A program made the position numbers and the translations under genes. A stretch of DNA of 64,000 nucleotides from Bacteroidales bacterium (GTDB taxonomy: Bacteria > Bacteroidota > Bacteroidia > Bacteroidales > VadinHA17), in the NCBI GenBank assembly GCA_009877105.1, contig WXFD01000019.1, positions 9,355-73,354 on the forward strand, given 5' to 3'. How positions within the stretch are numbered: the stretch's first letter is position 1; every line of letters begins with the position of its first letter. The notes under the pieces were generated by a model, which was not told the origin of the DNA, made no database searches, and saw nothing but the letters and a program-made list of their open reading frames with translations. Of this stretch, positions 19,608 to 27,192 are shown piece after piece.

Positions 19608-20564
19608 TCAGCTTCTGAATCCGTCAATCCTGAAGCCGCGCAGGAATTCCTGAATATCAAGCCGTTTTCTTCCTTCAGCCTGGATGCTGAATAATCTTAC
19701 AAATCCTCCCTTACAGGCAACCTTAAGGAAACTTTTACCATCAGAGACGATCGCACCGGGTACAAGATCGTGTTCTCCTTCCTCGGGCAAACTTTCAAAT
19801 ATCTTGTATGTTACCCTATTATTTCCCCTTATGAATTCTGATCTTGCAGCGGGACTCGGAGAGAGCCCCCTGATCAGGTTGTGAATTTTTACAGGAGGAC
19901 TGTTCCAGTCAACAATACATTGTTCGGGAAAGATTTTAGGAGCCGTTTTGAGAATTTCCCCGGGAATCATGAAGTTTGACTGGGGTTGCGGGCTGATTTT
20001 ATTTTCAGCCATTGCTGCGAGGGTCCTGATGATGAGCCTTGCACCGTATTTCATGAGCCTGTCGTGAAGGCTGCCTGCAGTTTCATTAGGGAGAATGGGC
20101 ACTTCTTCTCTTAGAAGAATATTCCCCGTATCTATCTTATCGTCGATAAGGAAAGTTGTCAGACCGGTAACTGATTCACCATTGATAATGGCATGGTTAA
20201 CAGGTGCCGATCCCCGGTATTGCGGAAGCAGCGATGCATGAAGGTTCACAGTGCCCATTGGCGGTATTTTCCATACTGCTTCCGGTAGCATTCTGAAAGC
20301 TACGACAACAAAGATATCGGGATTCAGGTCAATCAGATTCCTGATGAATACGGGATCTTTAAGATTATGAGGCTGAAGTAGATGAAGACAATGTGATTCA
20401 GCAAATTCCCTGACCGGGGATTTGGACAAAACCCGGCCTCTTCCGGCAGGCTTGTCGGGAGCCGTCACAACGGCAATCACATTGTATTCATTTATGAGAA
20501 TTGAGCCAAGAGAAGCAACTGCAAACCCGGGAGTTCCCATAAAAACTACCCTGAGATCTTTCAT
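19608..20564 (-). CDS. fmt: Methionyl-tRNA formyltransferase
   Basis: 318 aa with VVFMGTPGFAV and HASLLPQYRGSAPVNHAIING motifs. Confidence 0.93.
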   Translation of the reverse strand: MKDLRVVFMGTPGFAVASLGSILINEYNVIAVVTAPDKPAGRGRVLSKSPVREFAESHCLHLLQPHNLKDPVFIRNLIDLNPDIFVVVAFRMLPEAVWKIPPMGTVNLHASLLPQYRGSAPVNHAIINGESVTGLTTFLIDDKIDTGNILLREEVPILPNETAGSLHDRLMKYGARLIIRTLAAMAENKISPQPQSNFMIPGEILKTAPKIFPEQCIVDWNSPPVKIHNLIRGLSPSPAARSEFIRGNNRVTYKIFESLPEEGEHDLVPGAIVSDGKSFLKVACKGGFVRLFSIQAEGRKRLDIQEFLRGFRIDGFRS

Positions 20565-20590
20565 AGACTGTAGACATTCCTTGTGTCATA

Positions 20591-20598
20591 CAAATCTA
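20591..20598 (-). promoter_or_regulatory. TAGATTTG -7 promoter box upstream of fmt
   Basis: Perfect TAnnTTTG match on the minus strand, 27 nt upstream of the fmt ATG, in the 43-nt gap after ribBA. Confidence 0.4.
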
Positions 20599-20607
20599 CT
20601 AAAAATA

Positions 20608-21843
20608 TCAATCCTTGACAATATGCTTGTGGCAGGTCAGGTTATGCCCCATTTTGCTGGCTTTGGTTCTCAGATAAAACTCATTGTATGGGTTGGATTG
20701 TATCACGAGAGGGATTGTTTCAACAATGCTGATACCATAACCTTCGAGACCGGCCCTTTTAACCGGATTATTCGATATGAGCCTTACCTTTCCGAGGCCC
20801 AGTTCCCTCATGATGCTGGCCCCGACACCATAGTCCCTTTCGTCTTCGCCAAATCCGAGCTTGAGATTTGCCTGTACGGTATCCATTCCTTCATCCTGAA
20901 GCTTGTACGCCTTGATCTTGTTGAAAAGTCCGATTCCACGGCCCTCCTGGCTAAGATATATCACAACACCCTTTCCTTCGGCCTCCACCATCTGCATTGC
21001 CTTGTGGAGCTGCGGTCCGCAGTCGCACCGCATTGAACCGAAGATATCGCCAGTGAAACACGAGGAATGGAGCCTTACAAGCACTGGCTCATCCCGAGTC
21101 CATGATCCCTTCACAAGGGCCGCATGTTCCAGTCCGTTGCTTGTCTGCCTGAAAGGGATGAATTCAAATTCTCCATATTCGGTGGGAAGTTTGACCTTTT
21201 CACCTTTTTCAATGATGGAATCCCTTTCCAGTTTATATCTGATCAGATCCCTGATGGCCACTATTTTGATATTGAATTTATTTTTCAGCATTTCCAGGTC
21301 GGGCAGCCGTGCCATCGAGCCGTCATCATTCATTATTTCCACAAGTGCGCCGCCCGGGTTTAATCCGGCCAGCCTGGTCAGGTCGACAACCGCTTCCGTG
21401 TGACCGGCTCTCCTGAGTACCCCCTTGGTTTTCGCCTTTAACGGGAAAATATGACCGGGCCGCCCGAGATCCGAGGGTTTTGTTTTGGGATCAACCAGTG
21501 CCTTTATGGTAAGTGCCCGGTCCCTGGCTGAAACGCCTGTGGTCGTTTCAGGACCGAGGAGATCGACCGATACGGTAAACTGTGTTTCATGAAGCGACGT
21601 GTTAATTCCTACCATCAGATCGAGCTCAAGTTCTTCGCATCTCTCTTCCGGCAGTGCTGCACATATGAGCCCGCGTCCATGCGTGGCCATGAAATTCACA
21701 ATTTCAGGTGTAATGAGCTCGGCTGCACAAACAAAATCTCCTTCATTCTCCCTGTCCTCATCATCCACAACTATCAGCAGCTTCCCGTTTTTTATGTCTT
21801 CAATAGCCTCTTCAATTGTATTAAGCTTAATTTGTTCCATCAT
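20608..21843 (-). CDS. ribBA: Bifunctional 3,4-dihydroxy-2-butanone-4-phosphate synthase / GTP cyclohydrolase II
   Basis: 411 aa. The N-terminal half has [10 protein letters not shown]-type and HTE motifs (RibB). The C-terminal half has CDCG plus EGRGIGL (RibA). Confidence 0.95.
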   Translation of the reverse strand: MMEQIKLNTIEEAIEDIKNGKLLIVVDDEDRENEGDFVCAAELITPEIVNFMATHGRGLICAALPEERCEELELDLMVGINTSLHETQFTVSVDLLGPETTTGVSARDRALTIKALVDPKTKPSDLGRPGHIFPLKAKTKGVLRRAGHTEAVVDLTRLAGLNPGGALVEIMNDDGSMARLPDLEMLKNKFNIKIVAIRDLIRYKLERDSIIEKGEKVKLPTEYGEFEFIPFRQTSNGLEHAALVKGSWTRDEPVLVRLHSSCFTGDIFGSMRCDCGPQLHKAMQMVEAEGKGVVIYLSQEGRGIGLFNKIKAYKLQDEGMDTVQANLKLGFGEDERDYGVGASIMRELGLGKVRLISNNPVKRAGLEGYGISIVETIPLVIQSNPYNEFYLRTKASKMGHNLTCHKHIVKD

Positions 21844-23356
21844 TAAAGAAATTTTGAGTTGTTACCCGGGGCCTCCTTTTTGTTCCGGTGATTATGATCC
21901 TGTACAGGTAATCCTTTGTCTTTTTAAGGAAGGCCGTATATGTTTCCACATTCATCATTACTGAATCGTTTGATGCCTTGTATACAAGAAACAGACCAAT
22001 CGGAAGAAGAATGTATGAAGAGGCCCACATTCCTGCGAACGTGCTTATCAGGTCCTCTTCGACCAGCTTTTCTCCGGAAAGTGAAATGACGTACCATATC
22101 ACGAAAAAAAGAACGGAGATAACTGCGGGGGTTCCAAGGCCTCCTTTTCTTATTATTGCACCAAGAGGCGCTCCGATAAAGAAAAAAACCAGGCATGCGA
22201 ACGAAAGGGTAAATTTTTTGTTCCAGTTCACCTCGTAGCCTTTGATATATCTAACCTCAGAGTGCAGCGATTCGTTCTTCGAGGTAAGGAAATTGCTTGC
22301 GTCCTTCACTACATTAATGGCCCTAATCAGTGCAGCTTTCTTATCTATGTCGGGAAGTGTATTGAATAATTCTCCGGCAATTAATGGACCGGCATTTTTG
22401 TTTCGGGTTGAGTCTTCCCTGACATGGCGGTACAGGGTAATAATCCTTCTTCTTCCCGTGTAAAGGTTATTCATGTTGAATTCATCATAATAGCTTTCGA
22501 CCCGGGAGTTGTATCTCCGGTTAAGCGAATCTATGTCGTGTGTAAGCTGAGCTATGTTTTTCATTGCCGAATGCGACTTGAAAAGATCTATTTCGGTGCG
22601 TTCCAGGTCAAATCCCGAAAGTGAAACAAGAATTGTCTGTTCCCGGAAATAGTCTTTCCTGAATGGATATTTCTTTTCCTGCAGGGCATCAGTCTTTTCA
22701 GGCATCTCGTTATAGGAGTAACCGTTGTAGAGGATCATGCTCATAGCCGTCTCATCCTGCGTAATTCTCATGTAACCTGAATCTGCAAAGGTGACGGATA
22801 CGTTTCCCTTGTTGTCACGGTGGTCGTAGATATAAAGCCGGTCGAGCCGGTTGGTTACCGGATCCTTCGATGTTATCTTAATGCTGAAACCGTCAATGTC
22901 GTTGTTGAAGGTACCTGCCTGAAGGTTGATATCGGGCCGTTTGCGGCGAATGTCGTAGAGAAGGGTTCTGGCCTTCTTGTTGGAATACGGGAGCACATTA
23001 TTGGAAAAGAAGAAAGAAATCACAGAGATAATCCCGACAAGGATAATCAGTGACCTCATGATTCTTTTCAGCGGTATCCCCGATGACTTGAGGGCAGTCA
23101 GCTCACTGTATTCACCCATGTTCCCGAAAGTCATGAGTGAGGCAAGCAGGATTGCCAGGGGCAGGGCCATGGGAACGAACGACAGGGAGAACTGAAAAAG
23201 GAGTTCGGCAAGTATTTTAAATTCGAGTCCTTTTCCTGCAAGTTCATCAACATACATCCACAGGAATTGAAGTATAAGGATGATAAGGACTATGAAAAAA
23301 GTAAGGATCAGTGGTCCTATAAATGATTTTAAAACGAATCTGTCAAGTTTCTTCAT
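21827..23356 (-). CDS. LptF/LptG (YjgP/YjgQ) family permease
   Basis: Starts [20 protein letters not shown], with three N-terminal TM helices, a large periplasmic insert and C-terminal TM helices. I chose the ATG at 23356 over the listed TTG at 23371 because the TAATTTTG box sits at 23376..23383. Its 3' end overlaps the ribBA start by 17 nt. Confidence 0.8.
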   Translation of the reverse strand: MKKLDRFVLKSFIGPLILTFFIVLIILILQFLWMYVDELAGKGLEFKILAELLFQFSLSFVPMALPLAILLASLMTFGNMGEYSELTALKSSGIPLKRIMRSLIILVGIISVISFFFSNNVLPYSNKKARTLLYDIRRKRPDINLQAGTFNNDIDGFSIKITSKDPVTNRLDRLYIYDHRDNKGNVSVTFADSGYMRITQDETAMSMILYNGYSYNEMPEKTDALQEKKYPFRKDYFREQTILVSLSGFDLERTEIDLFKSHSAMKNIAQLTHDIDSLNRRYNSRVESYYDEFNMNNLYTGRRRIITLYRHVREDSTRNKNAGPLIAGELFNTLPDIDKKAALIRAINVVKDASNFLTSKNESLHSEVRYIKGYEVNWNKKFTLSFACLVFFFIGAPLGAIIRKGGLGTPAVISVLFFVIWYVISLSGEKLVEEDLISTFAGMWASSYILLPIGLFLVYKASNDSVMMNVETYTAFLKKTKDYLYRIIITGTKRRPRVTTQNFFNDGTN

Positions 23357-23375
23357 AGCCTTAATTTTCAAGATG

Positions 23376-23383
23376 CAAAATTA
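23376..23383 (-). promoter_or_regulatory. TAATTTTG -7 promoter box upstream of the LptF/G-like gene
   Basis: Perfect TAnnTTTG match on the minus strand, 20 nt upstream of the ATG at 23356. Confidence 0.4.
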
Positions 23384-23466
23384 CTTGATTTTTTGCAATA
23401 ACCTGCAGTCAGGCTTTGCCAATTATGAATAACACAGGCAGTCTGGAAGGAAATGCATTTTTAATA

Positions 23467-23850
23467 TCAGAGCCCGAGGGCTCTCTTGAGATCTGATATC
23501 TGGGTGTCCCACAGATAAATGGCGTCTTCCTTCTCGTCGGGTTCGGCGAAATCGGTGATTATCAGGGCCAAATCACCCGTAAGATCATGAACTGATATTT
23601 TAAATTCAAAATAATTGGATTCCTTTTCTTCCGGTTCATCTGCCCATTCGAATCTGACAAGTTTGTTTTCCCTCAATGTCACAATCCGGGCTTTGATTTC
23701 GCTCTTGTTCCAGTTAAAGGTATAAATGTCCCCGTCAATTGTTACGTCATCTGCGAACCATTCACTGAGTCCTTCAGGGGTGCTGAGCCGTGGAAACAAT
23801 GTTTTTGGTGAGCAGTTCAGAGTATATTCCAGTTCGTACTTCAACCTCAT
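23467..23850 (-). CDS. START-like/SRPBCC (AHSA1-type) domain protein
   Basis: ~127 aa with LEYTLNCSPKTLFPRLSTPEGLSEWFADDV, typical of the Bacteroidota START-like family. The alternative upstream ATG is at 23877. Confidence 0.6.
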   Translation of the reverse strand: MRLKYELEYTLNCSPKTLFPRLSTPEGLSEWFADDVTIDGDIYTFNWNKSEIKARIVTLRENKLVRFEWADEPEEKESNYFEFKISVHDLTGDLALIITDFAEPDEKEDAIYLWDTQISDLKRALGL

Positions 23851-23916
23851 TTTATTAGCAGCAATTAGCCCTTGCATTCTGCAATATAGAAAAAAATATC
23901 AAAAGAAAAAATCATA

Positions 23917-23947
23917 TTGGAATTTTGATGGCAACTCCTTATATTTG
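23917..23947 (+). promoter_or_regulatory. Candidate tRNA-Met promoter (TTG at 23917 or 23925, TATATTTG at 23940..23947)
   Basis: Perfect TAnnTTTG match 46 nt upstream of the mature tRNA 5' end, with upstream TTG elements. Confidence 0.45.
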
Positions 23948-23992
23948 CACCCTCAAAAAGTACCTCCCTCGCTGAAGCTGCTGAGGTCAAAT

Positions 23993-24066
23993 GGCGAGAT
24001 AGCTCAGATGGTTAGAGCGCATGATTCATAATCATGAGGTCGGGGGTTCAATTCCCCCTCTCGCTA
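23993..24066 (+). tRNA. tRNA-Met (anticodon CAT), elongator-type; a lysidine-modified tRNA-Ile2 cannot be excluded from sequence alone
   Basis: 74-nt cloverleaf folded by hand: acceptor GGCGAGA/TCTCGCT (G1-U72 wobble), D-arm GCTC-AGATGGTTA-GAGC, anticodon arm CATGA-TTCATAA-TCATG, variable loop AGGTC, T-arm GGGGG-TTCAATT-CCCCC, discriminator A. No CCA is encoded. There are no three consecutive G-C pairs in the anticodon stem, so it is not an initiator. Confidence 0.92.
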
Positions 24067-24071
24067 CAATC

Positions 24072-24116
24072 AAAAGCCCTGTGAAAGCCGAAGGCTGACA
24101 CAGGGCTTTTTTGTTT
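24072..24116 (+). terminator. Intrinsic terminator after tRNA-Met
   Basis: Perfect 12-bp stem AAAAGCCCTGTG/CACAGGGCTTTT with an inner AGCC/GGCT pairing, followed by TTGTTT. Confidence 0.65.
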
Positions 24117-24163
24117 GAAGCGCGTGAGCTTGCTCACAGGGTTGAAAAACTAAAAAGCCCGTA

Positions 24164-24190
24164 GTCAGGCCCCAGCCTGACAGGGTTTTT
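24164..24190 (+). terminator. Second terminator-like hairpin (GTCAGGC-ccca-GCCTGAC then AGGGTTTTT)
   Basis: 7-bp perfect stem read directly, with the T-run 4 nt after the stem. Confidence 0.4.
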
Positions 24191-24224
24191 GGTTGTTAAG
24201 CTCCGCCCTGTGAATCGCCTCCGG

Positions 24225-24245
24225 ACAATTACCCCTCTCTCTACA
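24225..24245 (+). repeat. 21-nt direct repeat of the tRNA-Met 3' end (18/21 identical to 24048..24068)
   Basis: acaattacccctctctctaca vs tcaattccccctctcgctaca. It has the same orientation and lies 177 nt downstream of the tRNA copy. Confidence 0.45.
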
Positions 24246-24439
24246 CGGAAAATCAACCACTTCCATAGTCAAACATGGAGGTGATATTTGTTTTGTGCCA
24301 GGTTTTTATGAAAAGATTAATTGAGAGATGATATCTGGTATCTTAGAAATGGAGACCATTTCATTCACCAGTGAGGTTTTATGCAATAGTTCATCCAAGT
24401 ATTTATCTTCAATTTCTCAAAATAGTGCCATATCAGATT

Positions 24440-25348
24440 TTACTCGAAATTCTTCTTCTCAACTAACATACCGTTGTTGATAGTCTGCCATATTGTATTG
24501 CCTTCGTGTGGGACGCAATCCTGCACCCAGGTCCACCAGAAATAGCCGCCTATATAATTTGATACATATTTTGGCATGGTGTAGTAATGTAAAGCCATTT
24601 GGGTTTTGCTTTCGGTAGTGGCATTATCTGCCGTGTTGCCACATTCGCTGAAACCAACCTTTGAATGGGGGAACATTGTCTGAAGTTGGTTAAAAACCTG
24701 CTGCCAATTGGGCTGAAATCCGTGGTTGTCATCTTCATAATAGCTGACGATCATATAATCAAGATTATCCTTCATATCCTGAGGGACATATTTATTCAAC
24801 CATTCAAACATGCTCATTTCATGGCTGTCAGGTTCTGTCTCGTAGCCTGTAACTGCTGCTCTGGCCTTCTTTCCTTTAATATATTTAAAAGCCGCGTACA
24901 TTTTATCGGCATTAAATTGCCGGTCATCGCCAATCCAGCCTTCACCATTGATTTCATTGGCTACTTCCCAGATGTCAGTATAAGCAGCAAGTGCTTGATA
25001 TGATTCCTTAAACCGCTTCAAATAATCGTCAATAGTTGTATATGATTCCATGTAATATGAATCAACCGGGCTGGCCATAACATAAGCAACTTTGTGGATT
25101 TCCCTGAAGGTGGTAATATACTCCTTTGGTTCAATTTTGTTTGACATGACAATGCGGACGGTCGGCTTTACAGGCATGGCTTTGATGGCAGCTATGATCT
25201 GGTTAAGTTTGGTTTGGCCTGTCCAACTGTCATCAACAGTTATCCCGTATAAGGGGACCGGTAATTCAGCTGATGATTTTTTGTTGCTTTCCCGGCTTGT
25301 GCAGCATGAAAGGGAAATAGTTAAAAGAATGAACAGTAATCTTTTCAT
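24440..25348 (-). CDS. Lipoprotein, putative small clan GH-A-like glycoside hydrolase (family not assignable)
   Basis: 302 aa with lipoprotein signal LLTISLSCC. WEVANEINGEGW (NE acid/base-like) and KVGFSECG (nucleophile-like) are spaced as in (beta/alpha)8 clan GH-A enzymes. The call rests on motifs only. Confidence 0.4.
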   Translation of the reverse strand: MKRLLFILLTISLSCCTSRESNKKSSAELPVPLYGITVDDSWTGQTKLNQIIAAIKAMPVKPTVRIVMSNKIEPKEYITTFREIHKVAYVMASPVDSYYMESYTTIDDYLKRFKESYQALAAYTDIWEVANEINGEGWIGDDRQFNADKMYAAFKYIKGKKARAAVTGYETEPDSHEMSMFEWLNKYVPQDMKDNLDYMIVSYYEDDNHGFQPNWQQVFNQLQTMFPHSKVGFSECGNTADNATTESKTQMALHYYTMPKYVSNYIGGYFWWTWVQDCVPHEGNTIWQTINNGMLVEKKNFE

Positions 25349-25452
25349 GATATTAATAGTTATAGTTAATGTTACCTCGCGAATTCTATTAGCTTCCTTT
25401 CAGTGTAATTGAGAAGGCCTGAAATTAACCTGCTTATAAATTTATGCGGTAT

Positions 25453-27021
25453 TTAAGATTTTGTCAACATCTCGGTTATATGCCTCCTGACTTTTGGTTC
25501 TGTTCCTTTTGCAATAAGGGTATTACGGCCTTCATAGCCGCCTTCATCAATCATCTTGTCGGTGGGCATATATGATAAGGTACCCCCAGTAAGGCTTACA
25601 ATCCATGGTTTTTGCGTTTTAAATTGCTCACGAAGGGCGAGGGATGTTTCAACTGAAACTTCAGAATTCATAAATACAATTGGCGTTTCGTTTAGCCTTA
25701 ACACAGAGTAGGGGGCAGGCTTAAAGCCATTGATCCTATCGGTTTGGGTAATAAGCCCAAGGGCATAATAAGCGCCCCAGTCAAGCCAGTTGAGTACATT
25801 TGCCAGCCTCCTGAGTTCACTAAGATCTCCGTTAGCAGCCAGAAAGTTGTAATATTCCCTGGTGAGAGCTTTGCGAATGACCTCGATTTCTTCTGCTGAT
25901 GCGGGAAGTGATGGATCTAAGGGAACGTCGAACATTGAAAATTTATAGCGAAATCCGTTGAGCCTGGTAAAATGTGCTCTTTGGAGAGCAGTGATGGCTG
26001 CACTGGCTATTTCTTTCCCGATACGGTCAATGTCGGCAAGCAGCTCATTTTCGTCAATTGCATGAAATTCGCTCAGGGGACCGAGGTACACTTCATTGAA
26101 TTTATAATCATCCCATAATTGGTATTTTACACGTTCTTTTGGCACAAGGTTGCCACTTCCGCCTTGAAGGAACAAGCAATGTCCGCCAAGTTCCTTTTCA
26201 AGGTAATTCCTAGTTCGTCCGGGAAAATCGGGATCCCACATTGACTCTCTGAAGAATGATGCCTGGTGAGGATGTGCCGAGAATCTGACAATGCTTCCTA
26301 ATGGCTTGTCCTTGAGATCAACGAAATACATGACCTGCACCCAGGGATCCACTTCGCGGTCGAAATATACCTTTTCTTCACAACTTTTATAATTACCCAA
26401 TTTGCCCATCCATCGCGATGACATTTCATTAATCAATGCCGACGCTTCCGGCCGGTCATCGCCTTCATTATATTCGTAACCAAACCAGTACGTTTGTATG
26501 CCCATGCCTGTGTTGGTATCGCCCCGCCGATGGACGCTTAACCGTTTACCAACATTTTCTTCTCCGATCTTCAGTTTGGCAGGCTTGGCATTTGAAAAGG
26601 CATTGTTTGCTGTTTGTGTCAGTAATTCAACCAGTTTGGTGGCATCGATCATCCGTTCGCCCTGCCCATGGTCCCAGGGGCCACTATGCGTATGCGTAGT
26701 GTGGAGCAGGATTGATTCGGGACTGATATTAAATGTTCGTCCAATTTTTGCCTGAACGTCTTCACAAAATCCCAAATGAACCTCTCCAAAATCAAGCGCA
26801 TACAAAAGAACGTTTAGTTTGCCTTCTTCCAAGACCATGCACTTTGCTTCAAGCGGGTAACGGTATCCGGTATCGCTTATGATGCAATCCCTGAGATCAA
26901 CCGTTGAAAAACCGACTTTAATATCGCTTTTCCCTTTACTTTCAATGTTGAAATCAGGCGAAAACAATGGAAGCGCGATGCTGCCCAATGCTGCTTTATT
27001 AATAAATTCCCTGCGTTTCAT
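25453..27021 (-). CDS. Neutral/alkaline ceramidase-like N-terminal-domain protein with Tat-type signal
   Basis: 522 aa. MKRREFINKAALGSIALPLFS is a Tat-like signal, and HTTHTHSGPW resembles the zinc-site motif of neutral ceramidases. The remainder was not assignable by eye. Confidence 0.5.
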   Translation of the reverse strand: MKRREFINKAALGSIALPLFSPDFNIESKGKSDIKVGFSTVDLRDCIISDTGYRYPLEAKCMVLEEGKLNVLLYALDFGEVHLGFCEDVQAKIGRTFNISPESILLHTTHTHSGPWDHGQGERMIDATKLVELLTQTANNAFSNAKPAKLKIGEENVGKRLSVHRRGDTNTGMGIQTYWFGYEYNEGDDRPEASALINEMSSRWMGKLGNYKSCEEKVYFDREVDPWVQVMYFVDLKDKPLGSIVRFSAHPHQASFFRESMWDPDFPGRTRNYLEKELGGHCLFLQGGSGNLVPKERVKYQLWDDYKFNEVYLGPLSEFHAIDENELLADIDRIGKEIASAAITALQRAHFTRLNGFRYKFSMFDVPLDPSLPASAEEIEVIRKALTREYYNFLAANGDLSELRRLANVLNWLDWGAYYALGLITQTDRINGFKPAPYSVLRLNETPIVFMNSEVSVETSLALREQFKTQKPWIVSLTGGTLSYMPTDKMIDEGGYEGRNTLIAKGTEPKVRRHITEMLTKS

Positions 27022-27192
27022 GTTTTAGTTTTTTGGACTATTGTCAAATTGAATCTTAATATTTTCCTACTCTTATATTGCCACTCCAAAGAGTCGCAAG
27101 TCTAAAGTTAAAGTATTGAGTCACAATTTGTTAATTAGACAGCAATGATGAAATACTTCATGTTTCAAACTCCATACTTCAGGCCCCATTGG

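Noticed and set aside
21827-21900. Expected FMN (RFN) riboswitch upstream of ribBA
   Set aside because: The ribBA start is overlapped by the 3' end of the LptF/G-like gene, leaving no leader. I saw no RFN-like conserved core in the preceding sequence.
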